The position numbers were made by a program, and so were the translations under genes. From Setoptus koraiensis (taxonomy: Eukaryota > Animalia > Arthropoda), in NCBI GenBank assembly GCA_048013815.1, contig CM106586.1, positions 1,550,001-1,614,000 on the forward strand: 64,000 nt of DNA, read 5' to 3'. Below are positions 41,343-51,472 of this stretch, piece by piece. The stretch's first letter is position 1; each line of letters begins with the position of its first letter. The notes beneath the pieces are model-generated. The model saw only the letters and a list, made by a program, of their open reading frames with translations. It did no database searches and was not told the DNA's origin.

Positions 41343-41466
41343 TTTTTTTGTTATTTGACAGAACGAGAAGTTATAGTTTTGAGAACCTTTATTGTGATTA
41401 TGCTATACTACATTTTCTATCTGCTTTATAATGTTGTAAATGTTCCCGAGATATCGGCATATTTAT

Positions 41467-42402
41467 TGGTTTGGAAGACCGGAAGTTGACGAATCACAGC
41501 TTCGCTGCACTCGGGTATGAATCTGCGATAGGTCTGAGAACTCGGCCTGCGGCCTCGTAATTTGGAGGCAGTCACATCTCCGTCGTCCCTCCCGCGACGG
41601 GAACCCTTCGGGTAGGGTTGATGAGCACTTCGGGTTTCGGGCTTCGCCCTCAGCCCTCCGCTCGCATGACTGCAATCCATGGAAAATTCTTGGTTGAAGA
41701 GATGCGACGATAGAAACTGAATTCATCACAATGATGCGTATCATCGAGAATCGGAGAGATATCGGGATGAATTGGCGCACGTATGTGCTCGTGTGTAATC
41801 TCACTTTGATTAACTAGTCGTGACTGACTATTGATAGGAGGTGGCATACTCCTATTTATAGTCAGTCGACTTGTTTATTGCACATTGTATAATTGATTAA
41901 TACATGATATATTTGTTACATATTGTATATTGCCCATTGCATATTGCCTATTGCCTATTGACACATCTTGTGATGTGTGCGTCTTATGCTGTCAGACTAA
42001 TTGGCTTAATTAGCGCCAATTAGTCTGGCTAGCGAGACGCACACATCAATCTGTGGTGATTGCTCCTTTAGTTGCGCCTTGCATCTTGGCGCAACTAAAG
42101 GAGTAGCTCAAATCATTACACGTGCGCGCGGATGCTTCGTCCCGAGCGGGAAACCCGCGCGGTTTTCGCTGAATATCTCTAGAACCGGAAGCCGCACACA
42201 TGCGAAACGAACTCTATTGTACTCAGCTCGACCGCATCCTGCGTTTATCAAGTTTCATGGCTCTAGCTTGAAGTTTGTGTAAAACCGGAACCGGAAGTTT
42301 CCGCACTTCCGGAGTGGCGAATCCGTTGTTTGGGGACCCTTCGGGACCCATGTGTGGAGTTAGGTGGAAATGTGAGTGTGGCACTATTCGTTACAACGAC
42401 CC
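41467..42402 (-). mobile_element. Composite insertion related to the ~1 kb TIR family, with a clear TIR at the right end only
   Basis: Flanked by atatttat at 41459-41466 and 42403-42410. 41475-41685 is an inverted copy of 51865-52060, and 42170-42402 resembles 48020-48252. Confidence 0.6.
41690..42120 (-). mobile_element. Second LTR-like segment with three long hairpins
   Basis: The minus strand starts TGTAATG at 42120 and contains CTATAAATAG and CCGATATCTC at similar spacing to the neighbouring LTR. No TSD was found. Confidence 0.4.
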
Positions 42403-42712
42403 ATATTTATACTTGCACAGTAGTGTGCATGAGTAATATGGATCTCTTGAGATCTGATTATTAGCTGGAGTTAATCACGACTGATCTGTTCGGATCAGTG
42501 GTGCCTTTATTTATAGGGGCATTCTGCTGAGGTCAGCAGAATGCCCTATTTACACGTTTTAGGCCTGGCGCTCACTTGTCGCGCCTGGCCGTGCTGTATG
42601 GTGTTTACAGCACAACGCACGGCCGTAGCGCGGCGAGTGCGCGCCTTATGTATTAGTGCTTTCTTGGAGCGCTACAACCCCCCGTATATGAAATCGTTGA
42701 CCTCAACGATTC

Positions 42713-44212
42713 CTATGCGTTTCTGATTCCTGTGTGTATGCTACGTCTCCGTGGCCGCTCCTCTAATTTCCTGTATTGGGTTCTATCTCTTCCCATAGGT
42801 CTTGTTAGCGTCCATGCGATTACGCTGTATATTGGTTTTAGTATTTTGCCAAAAATAATAAGTAATATTATTGAAAAGATCACAATACCTATTTCTATAG
42901 CGTATTCGATCGTGGTGAAGACTTTCTTTATGTTGCCTCCGAGGTGAGTTATAGCGGTGGTTATCGTGCTGGTATCGAACATCTTCTTGATCGGAACGAG
43001 CTGTTCTTTGATTGCAACTAAGGATCCATTATTGTTGTAATCGTGAATTAGCTTGTCCATCTTTGACTCAATGTTGATAATTTGATCTTTGATGTCGATA
43101 TTCCCATTCTGATAACCCAAATTAGAATTTATCTCTTCGCTATATACAGTGGCTATGTTTAAAACTTCGTGATGTTCTCGTAGATTAGCTTGGTGCTTTA
43201 TATATATTTTCTTATTTGTTGCGTCGAGTACGGTGAAGCTCGTCATTCTTGTGATGCTGAAGGGGTAACTTGGGCACTTGTGATTGTCGCCTTCAATTTC
43301 CATGTTGTACGTATAGCAATATATATGAGAGTAGTCACGGGTAACGTAATGTTGGGGTCGGGTTGTAATTTCTCCGATTTTGTTGTGGCACGATAATTTA
43401 TCAGGTTCGAACATTTCATCTTATTTGAATGCAGTTTCATCCTTTTCGAGGCATGCGAATGGTATTGTATATTCTTGTTCTACCACCTCTTTGGTAAGTG
43501 GGTGGGTACAAGATGCTGTCCTGTTATAAAGGACGTAAGCTGGGCCTTCGTATTCCATGTTACAGAATTGGCCGTTGCTGGTTTTGTTGATGTAATTAAA
43601 TGGTGTTGGATCGTATACGCTTGTCCAAGAATCTTCTTCAAATGATCTGATGCTCATATGAAAATATCCAGGGTCTATCATCGTGCAACTTATGGGAGTG
43701 GGGTTATTTCCCATCTTCATTCTATCATTTATTTTTAAAATACTCCGGAACCTGTTGTGGATAGATCCTGGCCAGGCGTCACGTACCATTTTGATGTCAT
43801 TGTTGACTTGTATGAGTCCTGCTGCTATTGTAGTTAAATATGCCATCATTTCTTGGGAATGGGCAATTTTATCATCTATGTTCTTGTTGACTTGTTGTAC
43901 GAGTGCCATTACATCTTTCATTGAGTTTGATTGCGCTGTGATCACCATCTCTGTGTTCATCAACTTTTCGTTCGCTGCTGTCACTGCGCGTTGCAGTTCT
44001 TTCATGACATTTGCATTGTTTTCGAACGTTGATTGTATCTGTGGGACATTGTGGAAGTATGTCACAGCGTCGATGACTACTGAAGCGCAGGTAACGGCTC
44101 CTATGATAAGAGGTACAGCCCTCTTATGCCTGCGTTTGTAGTCCTTTAATACCAATTCGGGGTTGGGATCGGTTGCACCGTAAGATCGGTAGTCGGCTTG
44201 TCTTTTTAGCGC
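42713..44212 (-). pseudogene. env: Retroviral-type envelope (class I fusion glycoprotein), 5'-truncated, one in-frame TAA at 43421-43423
   Basis: ORFs 43421..44155 and 42713..43414 share a frame (..AFK*DEMFEP..). Features: furin site RRHKR (44120-44134), hydrophobic AVPLIIGAVTCASVVIDAV, heptad-rich helix, Cys-rich region with sequons NKT/NRT/NGS, TM IGIVIFSIILLIIFG and a short basic tail, followed by PPT and LTR. Confidence 0.85.
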
Positions 44213-44290
44213 TTAATTTTAATTAAGTAGCTATTGATGTGGGTCGGATGGATACGTTTATTAACGTGGGTAGAACAAACGTATCCATCC
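44203..44290 (+). mobile_element. End motif of an unclassified element (TTTTTAGCGCTTAATTTTAATTAAG..) that truncates env
   Basis: The same core occurs at 46848-46867 (+), 50523-50542 (-) and 50989-51008 (-). About 75 bp here match the reverse complement of ~50937-51024. Confidence 0.6.
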
Positions 44291-44414
44291 TTGAAGACGA
44301 GCCCCTCGTCATATGTAATCTGGCTGTAACTATTATAGTTTGGGGCTTGATGGGGTTTGTCTTCATCCTGTGGCGGAGCTACGTATGGTCTGTTCTTGGA
44401 AAGCGGTTGGGCTA

Positions 44415-44914
44415 NNNNNNNNNNNNNNNNNNNNNNNNNNNNNNNNNNNNNNNNNNNNNNNNNNNNNNNNNNNNNNNNNNNNNNNNNNNNNNNNNNNNNN
44501 NNNNNNNNNNNNNNNNNNNNNNNNNNNNNNNNNNNNNNNNNNNNNNNNNNNNNNNNNNNNNNNNNNNNNNNNNNNNNNNNNNNNNNNNNNNNNNNNNNNN
44601 NNNNNNNNNNNNNNNNNNNNNNNNNNNNNNNNNNNNNNNNNNNNNNNNNNNNNNNNNNNNNNNNNNNNNNNNNNNNNNNNNNNNNNNNNNNNNNNNNNNN
44701 NNNNNNNNNNNNNNNNNNNNNNNNNNNNNNNNNNNNNNNNNNNNNNNNNNNNNNNNNNNNNNNNNNNNNNNNNNNNNNNNNNNNNNNNNNNNNNNNNNNN
44801 NNNNNNNNNNNNNNNNNNNNNNNNNNNNNNNNNNNNNNNNNNNNNNNNNNNNNNNNNNNNNNNNNNNNNNNNNNNNNNNNNNNNNNNNNNNNNNNNNNNN
44901 NNNNNNNNNNNNNN
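44415..44914. other. Assembly gap (500 N)
   Basis: Direct reading; the round length suggests a scaffolding placeholder. Confidence 0.99.
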
Positions 44915-44984
44915 CTTATGTAGATTCGACTTGGTCTATCATCGCTTTACTCGAAAAAGTTTCGTATGCAAGCCTGTGGAGATA

Positions 44985-46465
44985 GCCAGCAACATCGAGT
45001 GGCTCACAAATTCAGCCACTCGATGTTGCGTTTAACAGGCAATACAAAAAATTTGGGTTATTCTATCTAACACGTACCACGCCCAATTCGGGTATTTTGG
45101 GTATTTATGGGTAGGGTATGATGCCCTGAGACCGGAAAAGGTATTCCGGAAGTGCGGAAATTCTTCGTTCCCGAGATACCCGAAGTACCGCATTGTGGGT
45201 ATTTCAGGGTATTTGTGGGCATATTTGGGGTACGGGCAGCCGTACCCTCCCGTATTCACATCCGGTGTGGTACTGATGGTCAATCACCGAGGCTAGATTC
45301 TACCTAACAGCCCCAGGAGCAGAATAAAAGTAGTTTAACTTAATGGGCGTGACCAATAGATGCGGCGCGGAGCGCAATTGCGGCCGCTGGATCATCGACG
45401 GGATTCTGAGCACGCACTTCGGAGCTGCGCCCCTCAAGAGAAGCCACGATGTGCGGGGGGCCTTTGGTCTGCCGTCTGCCATGCAGCCTGGGCCCGGGCA
45501 GGAGGAAGGGTTCGGCCTCCAGTCGTCCACGCCTACGGCCTTCGGCGGGACGACTGACGGCCACCAAACTAAAAAAGATTCTTCCCGAGGACTGGGGGTC
45601 GAGTGGGCGGGGCCCGCGGTCGCGCCGGGTTTCATTCTACCTCGCTTTCAAGTAGCAAGCTTGAACAAACGATTATGCCAAACAGACTACCCGATTCGCG
45701 TTGAATCGCGGACCGGAAGTGCTAGATATAGAAAACAAAGAATTTCTCGAGACCAAGTTCTCAAATATGATTAAATTTAATGAAATTAGGTAGATCTTAG
45801 TGGTAGCTGTGCGATGATACCAAAAAATTTGGCAAAAAGCATCTGTGAGACCAAAAAAATGGATTTTTCGATATCTCCGGAAGTGAAAATTTCCGCAATT
45901 CCGGACTGTCATATTTGTACTCGGAGGCCCCTTCGGGGCCCCTGTGTGGAGTTTTGAGGGAATCGGGCTTGGTACGTGTTAGATAGAACACCCAAAATTT
46001 GTTAAACGAATGCAAGAGATACTGGATTTGGAGGGCCTTAAAGACATTGTAACCGACAGAGAAGGTATAATGAATTTTCAATCGTTGGTATTTAATCAAT
46101 TTAGCGCCCCCAATTACCAGGACATGCTGCGGTACTCATGGTATAAAGCAGACCCGAGCTTTCAAATAGAAGATGAGATATCGGGACAATCCGCATCACT
46201 GATCAACAAAGTCACCCGCAATAATTTCGATTTGATTCCAGGACAAGGTTGTGCCGAGGAATTTTGTCCAAAGAAGGCCAACATCAAGTGTGCGTATTGC
46301 GGAAAACACCTTTGCATCGGACACTTCTTGCGCCGCACTTGTTTCCACAACCTGAGGCCGTCAATCAAACGGATACAGTACGCGAAATCGAGCATGATTT
46401 CCTCATGCATATCGACTATACATTCAATTCAAGCGTTGTGTCTCCTCCCGATTGTTCAAGTGTAA
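44985..46465 (+). pseudogene. pogo/Tc5-like (DDE_1-type) transposase C-terminal remnant, interrupted by TIR element copy 2
   Basis: Removing 45055..45993 and one TSD restores SQIQPLDVAFNRQYKKF-VKRMQEIL..FQSLVFNQFSAPNYQDMLRYSWYKA..CPKKANIKCAYCGKHLCIGHFLRRTCFH. QPLDV is the pogo-type catalytic-end motif. Confidence 0.8.
45055..45993 (-). mobile_element. Non-autonomous TIR element, copy 2 (939 bp)
   Basis: TIRs gggttattctatctaacacgtaccacgccc and (rc) gggtgttctatctaacacgtaccaagccc. 7-bp TSD aaaattt at 45048-45054 and 45994-46000, confirmed by restoration of the transposase frame. Confidence 0.9.
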
Positions 46466-46667
46466 ATCAACATGACGAATTGTGAAGTAATAGTTCACTA
46501 ATAAATTAATCATACCCGTAAATTGACATTCGAAACTGTAAAGAATTTATTTATCTATTTCCTCTTTTGAATAGGCGCGCGCTTGGCGGTGTACCGCCCG
46601 CTCGGGCGCGCTAGCTTGCCACCCGTACACATAGCGCACACACAAGCGTACAGTATGTACACACAGA

Positions 46668-46805
46668 GCCAGTCGCTCGCAGCGCCATCCGCCGGCGACT
46701 CTGTCGTCCTGCGCAGAATATTGCAAAAACGATAAAAAAACGGGTAAACGGTTACCCGGCTTCGACTCAGCTCCTCGAGATCCTCAAGGAAAGACCCATT
46801 AGAAA
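46668..46805 (+). repeat. Probable transposon end downstream of the pogo-like ORF; direct copy at 52557..52727
   Basis: Shared text gccagtcgct..gcgccatc..gccggcgactct..aatattgcaaaaacg..aacgggtaaacgg..ttcgactcagctcct..agacc(c/t)attagaaaaaa. Confidence 0.65.
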
Positions 46806-47072
46806 AAACAAGTTATACTGATTATACCAGTATAAGAGCGCTTAATTAGCGCTTAATTTTAATTAAGCAGCTATTGGGATGGTTCTGGGCTCTACGTTTA
46901 TTCACGTGACTATGTAATCCTATGGAGGTTTGACTTAGTCAAATTTGTGAGAATCCTGCTAGATATTACACATGTATTCCGATGTAGATTTGACTTGGTC
47001 TATTATCGCTTTACTCGAAAATATTTCGTATGCAATCCTATGGAGATTTGACTAGGTCGAATTTGTGAGGAG

Positions 47073-47850
47073 CTCGGTGGTGACAAATCGAACTTCAAAA
47101 TTGAAAATTCGAATTTCTCATGGGAGTTTCAGCTGCTAGTTCGAAGTTAGTGGTTCAGTGTTCTTAGTTCTATGGTCAGAGTTCGGTGGTGACAATTCGA
47201 ATTTCGAACTTCGAAATTGGAAATTGAAAATTTGATTTTCTGAAATGAGATTCAGCTGCTTCGTCGAAGTTCGATGGTCGTAGTTCCATGGTCAGAGTTC
47301 GATGGTCACAATTCGAACTTCGAAATTCAAAATTGAAAATTCGAATTTTCTGATGAGAGTTCCAGCTGCTTGTACGAGTTCGATGGTCAGGTCGATGTCA
47401 GAGTTCGATGGTCACAATTCGAACTTCGAAATTCGAAATTGAAAATTCGATTTTCTGATGATAGTTTCATCTGCTCTGTCGGAGTTCGGTGGTCAGTGTT
47501 CGATGGTCAGAGTTCGATGGTCACAGTTCGAAGTTCGGTGGTAACATTTCGAACTTCGAACTTCGAAATTGAAAAATTCGAATTTCCGATACGAGTTCCA
47601 GGTGCTTGTACAAAGTTCGATGGTCACAATTCGAAGTTCGATGGTCACATTTCGAACTTCGGTGGTAACAATTCGAAGTTCGATGGTCACATTTCGAACT
47701 TCGAAATTCGAAATTGGAAAATTCGAATTTTCGATACGAGTTCCAGGTGATCGTACAGAGTTCGATGGTCACAATTCGAAGTTCGGTGGTTACAATTCGA
47801 AGTTCGATGGTCACAATTCGAAGTTCGATGGTCACATTTCGAACTTCGAA
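47073..47850. repeat. TTCGAA-rich higher-order minisatellite
   Basis: Runs of the 21-mer GTTCGATGGTCACAATTCGAA alternate with a longer spacer (acttcgaaattcgaaattggaaaattcgaattttcgatacgagttccaggtg). Confidence 0.93.
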
Positions 47851-47864
47851 CTCCCGAATGTTTC

Positions 47865-48252
47865 CGTCGCACGCAGTCGTCGCGGGAGCGACGACGGAGA
47901 TGTGACGGCCTCCAGAATACGAGGCCGCAGGCCGAGTTCTCAGACACACCGCATGTGCATCCCCGAGCGCAGCGAAGCAATAATTTGGTCACTTCCGGTC
48001 TTCTAACCCTAGTAATATCTCTATATCTCGAAAACCGGAAGTCGCACAAAGCTGAAAATTATGTCATCGTGTTCAGCGTAGCTTGAAACGTCTCTATGGT
48101 GAATCTTGGAGCTCTAGCTTCAACTTTTTGGAAAACCGGAGCCGGAAGTTTCCGCACTTCCGGACCACTTTTTCCATTCTATTGGGATCAAGGGGGACCC
48201 GCACCGGAAGTTTCATCAAGATCTGAGTGGGGACCTAATCGCTACAACAACC
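47865..48252. mobile_element. Fragments of the ~1 kb TIR family (hairpin module plus one terminus)
   Basis: 47865-48005 matches 51955-52035, and 48020-48252 matches 42170-42402. It ends in aatcgctacaacaacc, as does the end at ~52182. Confidence 0.7.
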
Positions 48253-48570
48253 GAAATCACAATATTCACATGACATCCGTCATCCGAAATTTCTCTCTGT
48301 CTCGAAAACGATCAATTGATTTCTGATCATACTTGCACAGAATGTTGCGAGCAACATGCACAACACACACACAGAGTATCATCAAAACGGATAGGTGGGA
48401 ACATGTTCAGAAATCACAATATTCACATGACATCCGTCATCCGAAATTTCTCTCTGTCTCGAAATCGACCAATTGATTTCTGATCATACTTGCACAGAAT
48501 GCTGCGAGCAACATGCACAACACACACACAGAGTATCATCAAAACGGATAGGTGGGAACATGTTCAGAAA
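48253..48570. repeat. Tandem duplication with a 157-bp period
   Basis: gaaatcacaatattcac starts at 48253 and 48410; the units are near-identical. Confidence 0.93.
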
Positions 48571-48867
48571 CCGTGTGCTAGGAAGGTTGAGTGACTTAAG
48601 TTTCCACTCCACGCTATTTGAAATAGCTAAACCTATCTCGTTATAGCATCGATCCAATTCCCCACTATACATTAACCTCTGCATGAGCCCGAGACTTAAA
48701 ATTCAATCCACCTCCCTAGTAAATGTATGTTTGGGAGGTGGACGAACTTTCGAGTCTACTTTCAAGCTTATTAAGTAGTGATAAGTGCTAACTGTCTCTA
48801 GAAAGTTTCAAGAATTCATCCTGGTGAGAACAGTTTCGAAAATCACACATACAGTATAGGCACATGT

Positions 48868-49874
48868 GGGTTGTTCTTCGGAATACGTACCACGCCCAAT
48901 TTGGGTATTTTGGGTATTTTTGGGTAGAGTATGGTGCCCTGAGACCGGAAAAGGTATTCCGGAAGTGCGGAAATTCTTCGTTACCGAGATACCCAAGGTA
49001 CCGCATTCTGGGTATTCGAGGGTATTTGAGGGCATATTGACGGTATAATCGGCCGTACCCACCCGCACGGACTTCGGGTAGGGTAGTAACGTCTTCATAC
49101 CGAGGGTAGATTGTACCTAGAAGCTCCAGGTAGAAGATAAAAGCGGTCAAACCTAAGAGGCATGACCAATGCGCACGGCACGAATTGAAACAGCGCATAA
49201 TCAATAAACGGATATATCCCCAAACTTTTGCGGTTTTACCACCAGAAAAGAATACCACCCCATGCGAAGTCTGATGTCCTAGCCTCGGCCAGGCCTCCTA
49301 CTAATGAAGGTTCAGGGCCAGGGTTCAATGCAGTACAATAGCCCCTCCGTCTTCCATGCATCTTGGGCCGTGCCCGAGGAGGGGTTCGGCCTCCAGTCGT
49401 CCACGCCTACGGCCTGCGGCCTCCGGCGGGACGACTGACGGCCACCAAACCAAAAAAGATTCTTCCCGAGGAAGGGGAGTCGAGTGGGCGGGGCCCGCGA
49501 TCGGACCGGGTTTCGTTCATTCTTGTATATGAGTTGCGTTCCTTATCTAGCGAGAGAGCCGACCAAACCAGACTAAGTGCGATATTTCTCAAACCGGAAG
49601 TGACTGATGAGGTAATTTATGAATATCCAGCGAACCGGCTGTCACTCATCTTGGTATTGACAACGATCACAATGCTCCTATCGAGAGCTATACAGACATG
49701 CAAAAATTTCAGGTCTGAGGCTGCTCTGAGGCCCGAAAAATGCATTTTTCTATATTTCCGGAAGTGGGAATTTCCGCACTTCCGGACCATCAACAACGTT
49801 CTCTGGGGCCCATTCGGGGCCCCTTTGTGGAGTTTGAAGGAAATCGGGCTTGGTACGTATTCCGAAGAACACCC
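48868..49874 (-). mobile_element. Non-autonomous TIR element, copy 3 (1007 bp)
   Basis: TIRs gggttgttcttcggaatacgtaccacgccc and (rc) gggtgttcttcggaatacgtaccaagccc. 8-bp TSD gcacatgt at 48860-48867 and 49875-49882; the empty-site sequence is visible in the repeat at ~50025-50045. Confidence 0.9.
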
Positions 49875-50130
49875 GCACATGTTCTCAATAATGGCCTATA
49901 GCGCCAATACTAGAAACAGAAAATTGATTAGACTTGCACAGATCGTGTATGGCACAGTGCTAGCTGTCTCTAGAAAGTTTCAAGGATTTATCCTGGTGAG
50001 AACAGTATCGAAAATCACACATACTGTATAGGCACATGTTCTCAATAATGGCCTATAGCGCCAATACTAGAAATAGAAAATTGATTAGACTTGCACAGAT
50101 CGTGTATGGCACAGTGCTAGCTGTCTCTAA
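49875..50130. repeat. Tandem repeat with a 157-bp period (about 1.6 units; a further part-unit lies left of copy 3 at ~48790-48867)
   Basis: gcacatgttctcaataatggcc occurs at 49875 and 50032. Confidence 0.88.
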
Positions 50131-51472
50131 GGAGTTCCGAGACATGAGCCCGAGACTCGAAATTCAATCCACCTCCCTAGTAAATGTGTGTTTGGAAGGT
50201 GTACGAACTTGAGTGGACCTTCCACCTCCCAAGCATATCTAAGCCTACACACTCACTAAGCACTGATTATGCTAGTGCTAATGTTTGCAAGCACACAGCG
50301 CGTGACTCTAAAGATCGAAAACTGTGAATATCCACAAATAAATCGGTACGTGGATATTCACTGGCATACAAAGTCGGAGTATTCACAAGCACACAGCGCG
50401 TGAATCACCATAGCACAATTGGTGAATATCCTATGAAATGCACGAATTAAGTATCCACCATCATACCGTGCGTGGATATTCATGCGTGATTTCCAGGATC
50501 CCACAGCACTACATCATAAGCCCTTAATTAAAATTAAGCGCTAAAAATGGGCGTTAAAGTCACCTAGGCTACCTTGTCAGTATTGAGCGTGCTACACTCG
50601 TCTAGTTTCAGCCACATCAGCATTGACAGTGCTGAGAAGCAGTAGTTATTCTGAATAGTATCTACTGTTCTACAATCTCCTAGTTTCAACACCTCTAGCT
50701 TCCAGTGCACTAAATCCGAATTGTATACAGCTAGCCTTCTGCTGAGCTAAATTCATCTAGTTAGCATCTCAGCTTTGAGCGTGCTAATCGCGTCTAGTAA
50801 GTGAACGCGCATAGCATTCTGTGTGCTTAATTCAATTAATCAACATTGTAAGCTTTTACTGTTTTAAATTCATCTAGTTTATTTCTCACAGTACAGCTTT
50901 CACCGTGCTATTTTTTCCTAGTTGAAAAAGCACTGGTTTGTTCTACGCACGTGAATAAACGTATCTGCCAGATCCACATCAATAGCTACTTAATTAAAAT
51001 TAAGCGCTAATTAAGCGCTAAAAATTATTACAACAAATAGGTGGAAATTCGTTTCCCCTTGTTTCTTATTTGTTATTCTCTGTTGGTTGGTTCATTCACT
51101 CTTCCCGCCTGCAGCTGTGTTTGGATTGCATTCATGTGAGCGGAGGTCTGTACAAGTCTAATCAATTTCTGATGTCTGCAACTAGATGCTACTAAGGAAA
51201 CTGTCTTTACACCTGAAATCATTAACTTGAAAAACTACGCGCTCTTAAACTGGTATGATCAGTATAACTTGTTTCTATTTTCATCTTCGTTCTCTCTAGA
51301 TAATCTTCGTCTATACCGCTCGAATCGATTCTTTGCTTTCGGTCATCTGAACGACATTGAATCAGTATTAAATGAAATTTGACGGAATTCTGCCTTACCA
51401 AATCATTTGAAGCCACATATTCATATTAAACTCACCATATTTGATACAACTTTTGACAAAGCTCCAAACCTC

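Larger units (their letters stand above)
41350..42687 (-). mobile_element. 3' LTR of an env-bearing LTR retroelement, split by a 936-bp insertion (LTR parts 42403..42676 and ~41350..41466)
   Basis: Just after the env stop on the minus strand: purine tract ACGGGGGG (~42678-42685), then TGTAGCG start, TATAAATA (42508-42515), AATAAA (41388-41393) and a probable ..AATAACA end. The two parts rejoin at the 8-bp direct repeat atatttat. Confidence 0.7.

Noticed and set aside
44239-45035. ORFs spanning the N run
   Set aside because: Artefacts of translating the gap.
47073-47850. TTCGAA/GAAnTTC array as heat-shock elements or as a repetitive protein
   Set aside because: HSEs need nGAAn units with 2-nt spacing, whereas spacing here is mostly 0 or 1 nt. 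The open frames on both strands follow from a stop-free 21-bp unit.
47590-47850. Repeat-spacer pattern as a CRISPR array
   Set aside because: Eukaryotic context, no unique spacers and no cas genes.
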